Below are positions 39,592 through 49,770 of a DNA stretch of 64,000 nucleotides, piece after piece. The position numbers were made by a program, and so were the translations under genes. How positions within the stretch are numbered: the stretch's first letter is position 1; each line of letters starts with the position of its first letter. Location: contig JAHEXY010000012.1 in assembly GCA_023251875.1 (NCBI GenBank), positions 16,111 to 80,110 of the forward strand, read 5' to 3'. Under the pieces are notes generated by a model that saw nothing but the letters and a program-made list of their open reading frames with translations, had not been told where the DNA came from and did not search any database. This DNA comes from Bacteroidota bacterium (GTDB lineage: Bacteria; Bacteroidota; Bacteroidia; JAHEXY01).

Positions 39592-40569
39592 TTAATTATT
39601 TTTTTGAATAGCGGGTCTTTGTGTTATTTCATGGTAACAAATTACATCTTTTGCAAAATAATGCATTACCATACTTTTTCTTGTTTTCTCTTTGTCAAGA
39701 ATTTTGGCTCCTCCGTGCAATAGATTAGCATGCCATATTAAAACATCTCCTTTTTTAGCATAAAACTTCTTGGGGTACAAATGATATATTTTTATTAATT
39801 CTGCTATTTTATTTTCATATTTAGCATAAAGGGCTGCGTCAATATGTAAAAAATTATTTTCATGTGCAAAATCATGGCAATAAACATAGGGTATTTTATG
39901 ACTGCCCGGATAATATAGTAATGGACCATTGGTTTCATCAACATCTTCCAATGCAAGCCAAACAGCAATAGTATTACCCTCAGGAAAAGTAGCCATGTGA
40001 AAAAAATCAGAATGAGGTTTTATCTCACTTCCCTTTATAAAATTAATGCTTTGAAATATATTTAGTTTTTTATCCAATATAAATTCAAGTATTCTGTTTA
40101 AGTTCTTATTATGAATAATTTGTTTAATGGTTTCTGATTTTTCATGTGCCGAAATAATCTGCTTTCCGGAATAATTCAGATAAACGTCTTTACTTAACAG
40201 TAGACGTTCAATTTCATTATTTATTGTATCAAGATCATGAATGCTAAAAAATTGTTTTAAAATTACAAAACCTTGTTCCGGCCAATTCAATAATTCTTGT
40301 TGAATAGTAGTATTAAAATTTTTAAATAAGGTATTTTGTTTAAGTACTTCTACGGCATCTAATCTATCTAACCAAGGAGATGCTGCTTTTTTATCTTTAA
40401 AATCTTTACCTGAAATAGGCCACCAAACCACTTTTTTTAATCCATACTTAACATATAAGGCTTTGTTTTTTTTGAGAAGAGAATAGTTAAAAATAGTATG
40501 GATAATATATACCAGCCTTAACCTTCGCAAAAAACTATATTGTTTATCGAATATTTTTTTTAGCAACAT
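39592..40569 (-). CDS. phytanoyl-CoA dioxygenase (PhyH)-family Fe(II)/2-oxoglutarate oxygenase
   Basis: HSDFFH...D...H (H-x-D...H) facial triad context typical of PhyH. Confidence 0.65.
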   Translation of the reverse strand: MLLKKIFDKQYSFLRRLRLVYIIHTIFNYSLLKKNKALYVKYGLKKVVWWPISGKDFKDKKAASPWLDRLDAVEVLKQNTLFKNFNTTIQQELLNWPEQGFVILKQFFSIHDLDTINNEIERLLLSKDVYLNYSGKQIISAHEKSETIKQIIHNKNLNRILEFILDKKLNIFQSINFIKGSEIKPHSDFFHMATFPEGNTIAVWLALEDVDETNGPLLYYPGSHKIPYVYCHDFAHENNFLHIDAALYAKYENKIAELIKIYHLYPKKFYAKKGDVLIWHANLLHGGAKILDKEKTRKSMVMHYFAKDVICYHEITQRPAIQKNN

Positions 40570-40689
40570 GAATTTATTTTAAACTTTAAATGTAAAATTT
40601 AAAATTCAATCTTTATTTCATAATACCATGTTATTGATTTCAGTAAAAACCTTACCTTAGCGGCAAATTAAAAATTTAACAAAATCTTT

Positions 40690-41376
40690 ATGAAGATAAA
40701 AACCTTTTACGCAGCTACCTTTATGGGAGCTTTGGCTTTTTCCTCTTGTAATAAAAGTGGAAATGAATCGGCAACATTAACTAGTGAAAATGACAAAGTT
40801 AGTTATAGCCTTGGAGTGATGATGGGAAATAATTTAAAGAAAAGTGGAGTTGACACTATTAATGGTGTTGCATTAGCTGCAGCCATTTCTGATGTATATG
40901 CTTCTGCTGATTTAAAAGTTACTGAAGACAGTGCAAAACAAATATTAGATGCCTATTTTGGTAAAATACGTGATCAAAAAACACAAAAAGCAGTAGAAGA
41001 AGGAAAGAAATTTTTAGAAGAAAATAAATCAAAGCCAGGCATTGTTGAATTGCCAAGTGGATTGCAATATCAAATTGTAACAGCAGGTACAGGCCCTAAA
41101 CCTACAGCGTCCGATAAAGTTACTGTAAACTATACAGGTAAATTATTAAACGGAACTGTATTTGATAGTTCGATTGAAAGAAAACAACCGGCTTCGTTTC
41201 CTGTATCGGGTGTAATTCCAGGATGGACAGAAGCCTTACAATTAATGCCTGTTGGTTCAAAATGGAATTTATTTATCCCATCTAACCTAGCTTATGGTGA
41301 ACATGGTGCGGGAGGTACCATTCCACCAAATTCAACATTGGTTTTTGAAGTTGAATTACTTTCTATAGATAAATAA
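40690..41376 (+). CDS. FKBP-type peptidyl-prolyl cis-trans isomerase lipoprotein (FkpA/Mip-like)
   Basis: Lipobox, dimerisation helix, and an FKBP domain with ...YTGKLLNGTVFDSS...GWTEAL...YGEHGAGG.IPPNSTLVFEVELL. Confidence 0.85.
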   Translation: MKIKTFYAATFMGALAFSSCNKSGNESATLTSENDKVSYSLGVMMGNNLKKSGVDTINGVALAAAISDVYASADLKVTEDSAKQILDAYFGKIRDQKTQKAVEEGKKFLEENKSKPGIVELPSGLQYQIVTAGTGPKPTASDKVTVNYTGKLLNGTVFDSSIERKQPASFPVSGVIPGWTEALQLMPVGSKWNLFIPSNLAYGEHGAGGTIPPNSTLVFEVELLSIDK

Positions 41377-41397
41377 ACAAAATTGGTATCATTAGGC

Positions 41398-41428
41398 CCC
41401 TCTCCCATAAAGAGAGGGGTTTTATTAT
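41398..41428 (+). terminator. Rho-independent terminator CCCCTCTC-ccataaa-GAGAGGGG followed by TTTTATT
   Basis: 8-bp GC-rich stem plus a U-tract between the two FKBP genes. Confidence 0.7.
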
Positions 41429-41445
41429 TTAAAAAATTTATAATT

Positions 41446-42162
41446 ATGCAACAAAAAAATATAATCGTTATGCTACTTGCAGTATTTATGTTTACTGCTA
41501 TTGGAAATGCTTCTTTTGCACAAAAAAAAGGTAAGACATCCGCTACAAGTGCACCTGTTTTAAAAACAGAAATGGATAGGGTAAGTTATAGTCTTGGAGT
41601 TACGGTAGGAGCAAATTTAAAAATGAACGGGGTAGACTCATTAAATCCGGATTTACTTGCTGCAGCTATTAAAGACATTTATTCATCAAACAAACCGCAA
41701 ATTAGTCAAGATTCAGCAAAAGGAGTATTAGACAACTATTTTATGAAATTAAAAGCAAGTCAAGACCAAAAAAACAAAGGCGCTAGCGCCAAGTTTTTTG
41801 CAGAAAACAAAACAAAACCAGGTGTAACAGAACTACCAAGTGGTTTACAATACCAAATAGTAAAACAAGGAATCGGAGCAAAACCTACCGCTAACGACAC
41901 AGTTACAGTACATTACACTGGGAAATTATTGGATGGAACTGTATTTGATAGTTCTGTTGAGCGCAATGAACCTGCTACATTTCCAGTTTCGATGGTTATT
42001 CCGGGCTGGACAGAAGCTCTACAACTAATGAATGTTGGTTCAAAATGGGTGTTATATATTCCATCATCATTGGGGTATGGAGAGCATGGTGCAGGTGGGG
42101 TTATACCGCCCAATGCTACTTTGGTATTTGAAGTTGAATTACTTTCAATTTCAGGCAAATAA
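41446..42162 (+). CDS. FKBP-type peptidyl-prolyl cis-trans isomerase, second tandem paralogue
   Basis: Same FKBP motifs as the upstream gene. The start was set to the ATG after the terminator (MQQKNIIVMLL). Confidence 0.8.
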   Translation: MQQKNIIVMLLAVFMFTAIGNASFAQKKGKTSATSAPVLKTEMDRVSYSLGVTVGANLKMNGVDSLNPDLLAAAIKDIYSSNKPQISQDSAKGVLDNYFMKLKASQDQKNKGASAKFFAENKTKPGVTELPSGLQYQIVKQGIGAKPTANDTVTVHYTGKLLDGTVFDSSVERNEPATFPVSMVIPGWTEALQLMNVGSKWVLYIPSSLGYGEHGAGGVIPPNATLVFEVELLSISGK

Positions 42163-42227
42163 TCAAAAAATTATTACGACCTTTGCCCTTATATAAACCT
42201 TTTAACAAATTTTAACCTATACCAACA

Positions 42228-42536
42228 ATGAAAAAAAGAACTTTACTAGCCGCTTCTGCATGCGTATTTATGTTTGCAAGCGTTATGATGTCATGTGGTG
42301 GAAGCCAAGAACAAAAACCAGCAACTGACTCTACAAAAACATCAGAAGTTACCACTCCTGCAACAGAAGGCACTACAGCTAATGCATCTACAACTACGCC
42401 TGCGAATGTTTATGCATGTGAAATGAAATGCGAAGGAGAAGGCAAAACATATACTGAAACTGGTAAATGTCCTAAATGTGGTATGGAGTTAAAACAAACA
42501 ACAACAACTACTACTACAGAAACTACTACTAAGTAA
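42228..42536 (+). CDS. small lipoprotein with a Cys4 zinc-ribbon-like motif and a Thr-rich tail
   Basis: Lipobox MMSC, CEMKCEG...CPKCGM and a C-terminal TTTTTTTETTTK. Confidence 0.5.
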   Translation: MKKRTLLAASACVFMFASVMMSCGGSQEQKPATDSTKTSEVTTPATEGTTANASTTTPANVYACEMKCEGEGKTYTETGKCPKCGMELKQTTTTTTTETTTK

Positions 42537-42559
42537 TTTTTGAATTATATAAATTAAAA

Positions 42560-42590
42560 AGCCTCTGTTTGCAAAAGCAGAGGTTTTTTT
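42560..42590 (+). terminator. Rho-independent terminator (gcctctgtttgcaaaagcagagg followed by ttttttt)
   Basis: Hairpin plus a 7-nt U-tract after the small lipoprotein gene. Confidence 0.7.
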
Positions 42591-42767
42591 GTTTTAAAAT
42601 TGTTGACTTAGAGAGCCTCATGCAACAATTTTATACGAATGAAAAAAATCCTACAAGATTTTAAAAACCTTGTAGGATTGATTTAGCTTGGTGACCTCGA
42701 GAACTTCGGCCACCGATCTTGATTACTAAATTGGCAAAGTTTTAAACTTTGCCAAAGCTAGAGTACA

Positions 42768-44681
42768 CTAATTCTGATCAGGCTTTTGTTCCTTACCCGA
42801 TTTCCTACCCATTTCTTCTAATAATTTCATACCTAACAAACCACTTATTGAACTATTTGCGCTGTCACCGCTGCCGCCAATTAATACATCTGGCATTACT
42901 TTTATTTTTTCCTTACCTATAGCTTCGGTAACTTTTAGTTGGGTAAAATTATCTCCTCCCATTGACTCAATTGCTAATTTATAAGATTCAGCAGTTGATT
43001 TACCAATTGCAAGAATTTTTGCAGCTTCGGCATTACCTGTTACACTAATTTTTTCAGCCTCGGCATTGGCGAGTGCTTTAATTTTTTCAGCTTCGGCATT
43101 GGCCGATACTTTTGTTTTTTCTGCATCTGCAGCAGCAATTACTTTTAAACGCTCTGCTTCAGCATTCGCTTGTATTTTAACACTACTTGCCTCCCCTTCT
43201 GCTTTTTTTACTGCAGCATCAGCAATACGTTGAGAAATTAATACACCTTGATCGGCCTTTACAATTTCTTTTTGAATTTCTGCAATAGCAGTTTCTTTTT
43301 CTAATGTTTGACGCGTTTCTTGCGCTTTCATTTGCGTATCGTAAGTCATTTTTTGCTCTTCAGCAATTTTACGATCGGTAAGTGTTTTCATCAATTCTGC
43401 AGGAGGTGCAATATCTCCAATTAAGGTATCTACTCCATTTACGTTGTATTGCTCAAGTACTGTACTAATATGTCCTCTCGCTGATTCTTGCCTTTCTTTA
43501 CGAGTAGATAAAAATGCAATAACATCTGAATCTTGAGCTGAGTTTCTAAAATAGTTACCAATGGTTGGTTCTAAAACCTGACCAACAAGATTCATCATGT
43601 TTCCAAATCGAGCAATTACTTTTGGCGCTTCTGTTGTAGGAATATGAATAATTTGAGATACATCTAAATTAAAAGGAAAACCGTCTTTAGAACGTACTGT
43701 TATTGTAGAAAGATTTTTATCTAACTGATGAGATTCAGAACGTGAATTAGCCCAATTCAATACCAAATTTGTTGTTGGAACAGGCTCTACGCGCATGATG
43801 TATGTATTGATAGGATATTTACCAGGACCAAGCGGCTCAGCCCAAACACCCTTAAATCCTTTAGCAACAATATTACCATGTTTAAATTCTACACCGCTTA
43901 AATCTTTACCTTCTTGCCCCACATAAGAAATTACAACACCAACATAGCCAATAGGAATTTCCATCATTTTAATTTGCTCAACTTGAACAAACCAAGGATT
44001 CAAATAATAAGAACCTGCAAGAATAACTTGTTGCTGGAGTCCTTTGTTACCATCATTGGCTAAAAATGCATCTGCACTTTGAAAGTTATTATGATTATTT
44101 ACAATTTTACCTGCTATTTGATCAGCTTCAATTGGTAAACCATCGAGCGTAGTAATAATGCCCACCATGTTTTCGCTAATGCTAGTCATTTCAGAAATAA
44201 TAACATCAAACAAATAGGTGTTGATGCGAAATAAACCTGCAGTTATAATAGTTGATTGTCGCCCTTTACGGCCACCATTACGAATAAATGTTTCTGCATT
44301 TTGAAATGAATCACATTCTACTTTTCGGGCAAGAATACAACCATTTTCAAGTTCCTTACCATCTTTGGCAAAAACCAATCCTATTTTTCCTTCAGGAATA
44401 ACTGTAAAAGGTTGGAGCTTGATTTCATATTGCCATATCCATTTCCAAAAATAAATACCGGGAGCAAGGGTTTGTGCTTGAAAACCTGCTTCACCGTCAA
44501 CAGCAATAATGCGACCATCGGGCATTGCTTTTTTATCACCAAAGAGTACAAATTTTTTGGTAACAAGACCAATCTTATCTTCCGGAACTATAATAATTCC
44601 AAAAAAGCGAAAAATGTATTTATAAAGTACAAGTAATAAGATAGGAATGAGTACCCACCAATAAGCTAATAATCCATTCAT
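42768..44681 (-). CDS. flotillin-family SPFH/band-7 protein
   Basis: N-terminal transmembrane helix, SPFH domain, and a long Ala/Glu/Lys coiled coil with AEAEKIKALANAEAEKI repeats. Confidence 0.85.
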   Translation of the reverse strand: MNGLLAYWWVLIPILLLVLYKYIFRFFGIIIVPEDKIGLVTKKFVLFGDKKAMPDGRIIAVDGEAGFQAQTLAPGIYFWKWIWQYEIKLQPFTVIPEGKIGLVFAKDGKELENGCILARKVECDSFQNAETFIRNGGRKGRQSTIITAGLFRINTYLFDVIISEMTSISENMVGIITTLDGLPIEADQIAGKIVNNHNNFQSADAFLANDGNKGLQQQVILAGSYYLNPWFVQVEQIKMMEIPIGYVGVVISYVGQEGKDLSGVEFKHGNIVAKGFKGVWAEPLGPGKYPINTYIMRVEPVPTTNLVLNWANSRSESHQLDKNLSTITVRSKDGFPFNLDVSQIIHIPTTEAPKVIARFGNMMNLVGQVLEPTIGNYFRNSAQDSDVIAFLSTRKERQESARGHISTVLEQYNVNGVDTLIGDIAPPAELMKTLTDRKIAEEQKMTYDTQMKAQETRQTLEKETAIAEIQKEIVKADQGVLISQRIADAAVKKAEGEASSVKIQANAEAERLKVIAAADAEKTKVSANAEAEKIKALANAEAEKISVTGNAEAAKILAIGKSTAESYKLAIESMGGDNFTQLKVTEAIGKEKIKVMPDVLIGGSGDSANSSISGLLGMKLLEEMGRKSGKEQKPDQN

Positions 44682-44789
44682 AGTTTTAAGATTTATAAAT
44701 TTTTACCGAATGTATACAATTGGAAGGGAAAATGTAATCAAGAAGGAAAAAATAAAAAGGAACGCGGTTGACTCGGATCAGTGGTTATT

Positions 44790-45896
44790 CTAATTTGATT
44801 CGGCTAATTCATAATTTGCGTTTCGTCCGCCTTCGTTTGTTTGTTGCAAAATACCTTTTTCTACTAAGTCTTTTATATCTCTTAAAGCTGTGTCGGTTGA
44901 GGTTTTAGTAATTTTAGCCCATTTTGAGGTTTGTAATTTCCCTTCAAAATCGTCAAAAAGTTTGTTGAGCATTTGTCGTTGCCGTTCATTGATGGGCGTA
45001 TGTTCGTGTAGTTTCCAAAATTCTGCTTTATGCAGTATTTTTTGCGTGGTGTTTTCGGTAGCAAGCATTGCGTTTTTCAAGCAATGTAAAAACCATTTGA
45101 GCCATTCGGTAATATCGCCTGTGCTGTGTTGTACTTTTTGCAATACTTTGTAATACTGTTTTCGTTCTATTAAAATTTGGCTCGACATACTATAAAAACG
45201 TTCGCCACTATCTTCCGCACGGGCAAGCAACATATCTGTTAAAGCTCTTCCAATTCTGCCATTTCCATCATCAAAAGGATGAATGATGATAAACCAAAAG
45301 TGTGCTATAGCAGCTTTTAACACTAGGTCAAAACCGTTGTCGTTGTTGAACCAATCCAAAAACTTATTCATTTCCGCTTTTACAAATTTGGGCTTTAGGG
45401 CTTGGTAATGCACTTTTTCTTTACCCATTGCACCTGAAACCACTTGCATTTCGCCTGTTCGATATCTACCCACTTCTATTTTGTATGGTCCACTATACCC
45501 TGTGGGGAAAAGTGCTGCGTGCCAACCAAACAAACGTTTTTGGGTTAAAGGTAAGGTGTGTCGTTGTGTGGCATCGAGCATCATTTCTACTACGCCTTCT
45601 ATATGGCGGTTGCTCCGCACAAGTCCTGCGGTATTGATACCTAAACGCCTTGCAATGGAGGAACGCACCTGATCGTAGTTAAGCAATTCGCCTTCTATTT
45701 CCGATGATTTTACCACGTCTAAGGTTAAGGCAGTAAGTATGGCTTCTTCTTTGGCAGAAAAGCCTAAAGCCTTCATTTGTCCAATGATTTTGCCTTGCAT
45801 CAGGCGAACCTCTCCAAACACAACATTTATGCCTTTATCTTGCCAAGTAAATTTTGTCCAGTTTCTATGCTCGTAGATGTATTTTGCCATTGCCAA
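44790..45896 (-). CDS. Fic-family protein (probable AMPylator) with N-terminal inhibitory motif and C-terminal wHTH
   Basis: Fic motif HPFDDGNGRIGR. N-terminal SSEIEG ([ST]xxxE[GN]) inhibitory helix. Confidence 0.85.
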   Translation of the reverse strand: MAMAKYIYEHRNWTKFTWQDKGINVVFGEVRLMQGKIIGQMKALGFSAKEEAILTALTLDVVKSSEIEGELLNYDQVRSSIARRLGINTAGLVRSNRHIEGVVEMMLDATQRHTLPLTQKRLFGWHAALFPTGYSGPYKIEVGRYRTGEMQVVSGAMGKEKVHYQALKPKFVKAEMNKFLDWFNNDNGFDLVLKAAIAHFWFIIIHPFDDGNGRIGRALTDMLLARAEDSGERFYSMSSQILIERKQYYKVLQKVQHSTGDITEWLKWFLHCLKNAMLATENTTQKILHKAEFWKLHEHTPINERQRQMLNKLFDDFEGKLQTSKWAKITKTSTDTALRDIKDLVEKGILQQTNEGGRNANYELAESN

Positions 45897-46045
45897 AAAC
45901 TATTTTGCAGTAAATATACAAATTATTTACCGCAAAATTGCGGTGATTGTTTTGTTTTTTCACCGCAAGGGAGCATTTGTTAAAGGTTAGAGGGAATACA
46001 GGCTGTCTTTAAAAACAGCTCTCAAATTAACTCAAGCAATGATTT

Positions 46046-46885
46046 TTAATATGAATGCGTATTCGGCCGAGCTGGAGGAGTTTTACATATATTAAAAGTA
46101 TCTCCTTTTAGATTATATAATAAATTTGAATCCTTTGAAAATACAAAAACAGTATCACTGATTTGTATTTTTGAACGATCCTCACTATGATCTGGAAAAG
46201 TATCATTACAAAGATAAATGGTATCATTTAATCTTTTAAAAGTACCGGAGGCATATAAAGTACGGGGATCATTTTTATTGGGGAATAAAAATTCAAAATC
46301 TTTTATATCAGAAAAAGGCTTTTTGCCAAATGCAATTACCTCATCTTTTTTATTGCAAACATATTGCTCAACTCCAGAAAATGGGTTATCTATATAACTT
46401 AGTCTGGGATAAGCTATCTTGAATTCCTTTTCTACAGAGTTATAGTAATAAATCCCTAAATAGTCAGAATGATCTTTGAAACCTATATTGTAACTATAAC
46501 GATATTGAGCAAAATCAATAGGAAAATCCTGATAATCTACACTATTTAAAATATAATACCATTTATCTGGTTTATTTTTCTCCATTGCTTTTATTTTATC
46601 AAAAACAATTTGTTTGTTTTTGAAGTTCAAATATTCATGTTCAAGTGTATTTTGAAAAAATGACAGTATAAATCCTAAAAATAGTGAAATAGAGCCACAT
46701 AAAAGAAACTCTTTGTATTCTTTAGATTCAGAAGATTTAGCCGCAGCACGGAAAATAAAAAACAACATTATGGTCAATATCCATCCCTCAAAAGCAGCAT
46801 AGCGTAGAGAATAAATTCCTTTAGAAATTAAGGCTGCAAAAGTAAGTGTCACCAATATTTTTAATACAACTAAAACTATTCTCAT
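46046..46885 (-). CDS. hypothetical membrane protein
   Basis: Two or three N-terminal transmembrane helices. No motifs. Confidence 0.4.
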   Translation of the reverse strand: MRIVLVVLKILVTLTFAALISKGIYSLRYAAFEGWILTIMLFFIFRAAAKSSESKEYKEFLLCGSISLFLGFILSFFQNTLEHEYLNFKNKQIVFDKIKAMEKNKPDKWYYILNSVDYQDFPIDFAQYRYSYNIGFKDHSDYLGIYYYNSVEKEFKIAYPRLSYIDNPFSGVEQYVCNKKDEVIAFGKKPFSDIKDFEFLFPNKNDPRTLYASGTFKRLNDTIYLCNDTFPDHSEDRSKIQISDTVFVFSKDSNLLYNLKGDTFNICKTPPARPNTHSY

Positions 46886-46914
46886 GCTTAATTTATATCA
46901 AAAGATTTAAGGTT

Positions 46915-47172
46915 TTAATAATGGTTTTTAAGCGAATGGATCACAATTTTATCTTTGAAAACTTCATAGACAATGCGATGTTCTTGATTTATTCTGCGAG
47001 ACCAATAACCCTTTAGATTAAATTTTAGAGGTTCGGGCTTTCCAATACCTTTAAATGGAGTTTCTTGAATTGATTCTATTAGAGCTGTAATTTTATTTTT
47101 AATACTTACATCGTTAAGTTTTTTCCAATACTCCAAATCTTTTTCTGCTTTTAGAGTATAGGCTATTTCCAT
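46915..47172 (-). CDS. type II toxin, YoeB/Txe family
   Basis: ...FKGIGKPEPLKFNLKGYWSRRINQEHRIVYEV...HSLKNHY. Confidence 0.75.
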   Translation of the reverse strand: MEIAYTLKAEKDLEYWKKLNDVSIKNKITALIESIQETPFKGIGKPEPLKFNLKGYWSRRINQEHRIVYEVFKDKIVIHSLKNHY

Positions 47173-47366
47173 AAATCTTTTGTTTTAATAACCTTGTATT
47201 GTCCCTTTTTCAATTGCTCTTTGCTTTCTTGAATTTTAGCAACAAATTCGGGATTATAAGGAGATTCTTTAGCTACTTCAAATTTTATTTTAAGCGCTTT
47301 AAAAAATGCTTTTACAGCTTCTAATTGAGAAACATCATTGGTATGTGCAATAATTGTAGTTTGCAT
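47163..47366 (-). CDS. antitoxin partner of the YoeB-like toxin
   Basis: 67-aa ORF overlapping the toxin start by 10 nt. Family not assigned. Confidence 0.5.
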   Translation of the reverse strand: MQTTIIAHTNDVSQLEAVKAFFKALKIKFEVAKESPYNPEFVAKIQESKEQLKKGQYKVIKTKDLWK

Positions 47367-47403
47367 AATATTTAATGTTTAAAATGGACTATTAACTTTA
47401 TGG

Positions 47404-47488
47404 GTAGTTCCAAAAATTAGATTTTTTTACTACCTCTCCCTTAATCCCTCTCTAAGAGAGGGACACAAATTGTAATTTTTGGAACTAC
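47404..47488. repeat. about 85-nt nested palindromic intergenic element, copy B: a 16-bp outer inverted repeat around an inner GC hairpin
   Basis: Outer arms GTAGTTCCAAAAATTA / TAATTTTTGGAACTAC. Inner hairpin TCCCTCTC-taa-GAGAGGGA. It shares the core CCTCTCCCTTAATCCCTCTC and AATTGTAATTTT with the copy at 50391. Confidence 0.7.
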
Positions 47489-47490
47489 TC

Positions 47491-49155
47491 TTAAACCTTC
47501 ACAGCCTTCTCTTCAGTTTTTTTTATTTCTTCTTCCTGCAAAAATGGATAACGATAATCAGTTGGAGGAGTAAATGTTTCTTTGATGGTGCGAGGAGAAA
47601 CCCATCGTAATAAATTTAACATGGAACCTGCTTTATCATTAGTACCGGAAGCTCTTGCCCCACCAAATGGTTGTTGGCCCACCACTGCACCTGTTGGTTT
47701 ATCATTAATATAAAGATTACCTGCAGCATTTTCTAATTTTTTCATGGCCATATCCAAGGCATAACGATCTTGTGAAAATATAGCGCCTGTTAAAGCATAA
47801 GGCGAAGTTGTATCCACTAAATCCAATGTTTCTTCAAATTTAGTTTCATCGTAAACATAAACTGTAACAACAGGCCCAAATAACTCTTCACACAAAGTGG
47901 TATATTTTGGATTGGTAGTTAAAATCACTGTTGGCTGAATAAAATAACCTTTTGATTTATCGTATTTACCTCCTGCAATTATTTCCGCATCTTTATCTGC
48001 TTTTGCTTTTTCAATGTATGAAACCAATTTATCAAATGATTTCTCATCAATTACAGCATTAATAAAATTGGTAAAATCTTCTGTAGTGCCAATTTTAAAT
48101 GAAGCGATATCCTTCAATAATTTTGCTTTGGTAGCATCCCATAAATTAGATGGCACATATACCCTTGAAGCAGCAGAACATTTTTGTCCCTGATATTCAA
48201 AAGCACCTCTGCTTATTGCAGTAGCAAAAGCATCAACATTAGAAGAAGGATGAGCAATGATAAAATCTTTTCCTCCGGTTTCCCCTACTATTCTTGGATA
48301 GGTTTTGTATTTATGAATATTTTCTCCAACCTTTTTCCACATTTGCTGAAATACAGAAGTAGAACCGGTAAAATGAATTCCTGCAAAATCGGGATGAGAA
48401 AAAACGGTATCGGATGCCGAGGCCGATTTACAGGCAACCATATTAATTACCCCTGCAGGTAAACCGGCTTCAATCAATACTTCCATAATTACAGCAGCCG
48501 AATATATTTGTTTGTCGGATGGCTTCCAAACTACTGTATTACCCATTAAAGCAGGAGCACAACATAAGTTTGATGCAATAGCGGTAAAATTAAAAGGAGT
48601 AACAGCAAATACAAATCCCTCCAGCGGTCGGTATTCTAAACGATTCCAAATGCCGGGAGAAGAAATGGGTTGTTGCGCATAAATTTCAGTCATAAATTGC
48701 ACATTGAATCTTAAAAAATCTATCAATTCACAAGCTGCATCAATTTCTGCTTGAAAAACATTTTTCGATTGGCCCAGCATAGTAGCTGCATTAATTTTTG
48801 CTCTATACGGACCAGCCAATAAATCTGCTGCTTTTAAAAAAATTGCAGCCCTTTGTTCCCATGAAAAGTTGCCCCATTTTGCTTTAGCTGCCAAAGCTGC
48901 GTCAATTGCCATTTGCACGTGCGAGGTATCTCCTTGATAATAATAACCCAACACATGTTGATGGTCATGCGGTGGACGCATAGCCACTTTCTTATCAGAT
49001 TTTATTTCTTTTTCACCAATGTATAATGGAACTTCAATTTGTTTTGATTTTAATTCTTTTAATGTTCGTTTTAAATTTTCTCTTTCTTTAGTTCCTGGAG
49101 CATAGCTTAGTACAGGTTCGTTAACGGCAGTTGGTACTTGATAAGTTGAGTTCAT
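47491..49155 (-). CDS. pruA: L-glutamate gamma-semialdehyde (1-pyrroline-5-carboxylate) dehydrogenase
   Basis: Aldehyde dehydrogenase fold with a catalytic Cys context (GQKCSAASR). N-terminus MNSTYQVPTAVNEP... The start was set at the internal Met. Confidence 0.85.
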   Translation of the reverse strand: MNSTYQVPTAVNEPVLSYAPGTKERENLKRTLKELKSKQIEVPLYIGEKEIKSDKKVAMRPPHDHQHVLGYYYQGDTSHVQMAIDAALAAKAKWGNFSWEQRAAIFLKAADLLAGPYRAKINAATMLGQSKNVFQAEIDAACELIDFLRFNVQFMTEIYAQQPISSPGIWNRLEYRPLEGFVFAVTPFNFTAIASNLCCAPALMGNTVVWKPSDKQIYSAAVIMEVLIEAGLPAGVINMVACKSASASDTVFSHPDFAGIHFTGSTSVFQQMWKKVGENIHKYKTYPRIVGETGGKDFIIAHPSSNVDAFATAISRGAFEYQGQKCSAASRVYVPSNLWDATKAKLLKDIASFKIGTTEDFTNFINAVIDEKSFDKLVSYIEKAKADKDAEIIAGGKYDKSKGYFIQPTVILTTNPKYTTLCEELFGPVVTVYVYDETKFEETLDLVDTTSPYALTGAIFSQDRYALDMAMKKLENAAGNLYINDKPTGAVVGQQPFGGARASGTNDKAGSMLNLLRWVSPRTIKETFTPPTDYRYPFLQEEEIKKTEEKAVKV

Positions 49156-49270
49156 ATTTTCAATTATTATTAATATTAAAATGTATGTTTTAGAAATTTT
49201 ATAAATGTTGGTTTCGAGAACCTCAACCAACTCTTAATGGTGGCTGAGGCTCTCGAAGCCACATTAGATT

Positions 49271-49657
49271 TCAATTAAGTCTATTTTCAGCGGTTAAATT
49301 AAATGCAGGAATTTGCACTTTAAATTCTTGCATGTTTACTAAATTTCTCATTACATAATAACCTTTCATTTGTCCCATATCAGTAGCCAATTCACAATAC
49401 GAATTGTATTCATGACTTTCTCCGGGTTTAATAACAGGTTGTTCTCCAATAACACCTTCACCATCTACAGCGTATTTTTTATATATAGAATCAAAAATAT
49501 CCCAATGCCTGCGCATCAATTGAACAGCTACATCACTGGTATTTTCAATGGTAATGTAATAGGTGAAAACAAATTTTGGTACAAACGAATCAGAATAATC
49601 CTTTTCAAATAGAGTATCTACCGATACTTTTATTCCGTGTGTAATTAATGTTGTCAT
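49271..49657 (-). CDS. apaG: ApaG (DUF525) protein
   Basis: MTTLITHGIKVSV...YYITIENTS...GVIGEQPVIKPGESHEY, the ApaG beta-sandwich pattern. Confidence 0.8.
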   Translation of the reverse strand: MTTLITHGIKVSVDTLFEKDYSDSFVPKFVFTYYITIENTSDVAVQLMRRHWDIFDSIYKKYAVDGEGVIGEQPVIKPGESHEYNSYCELATDMGQMKGYYVMRNLVNMQEFKVQIPAFNLTAENRLN

Positions 49658-49770
49658 AAAAAAATATTACACAAAGTTACAATTTTTTATTGCTAAAATA
49701 TAGTAGAAAAGGATCCTCTTAATAGCTTTATAATTACCTTTGATCCCTTAAAAACTTTTTTTTCAAAAAA

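Noticed and set aside
42600-42770. Possible riboswitch or ncRNA between the small lipoprotein gene and the flotillin gene (hairpins AATCCTACAAG...CTTGTAGGATT and GGCAAAGTTTTAAACTTTGCC)
   Set aside because: The region lies between convergent 3' ends. The hairpins are most simply explained as terminators for the two genes, and no riboswitch consensus was recognised.
46046-46885. Membrane protein as a possible third component of the YoeB TA module
   Set aside because: There is no sequence basis for a functional link. It was kept as an adjacent hypothetical protein.
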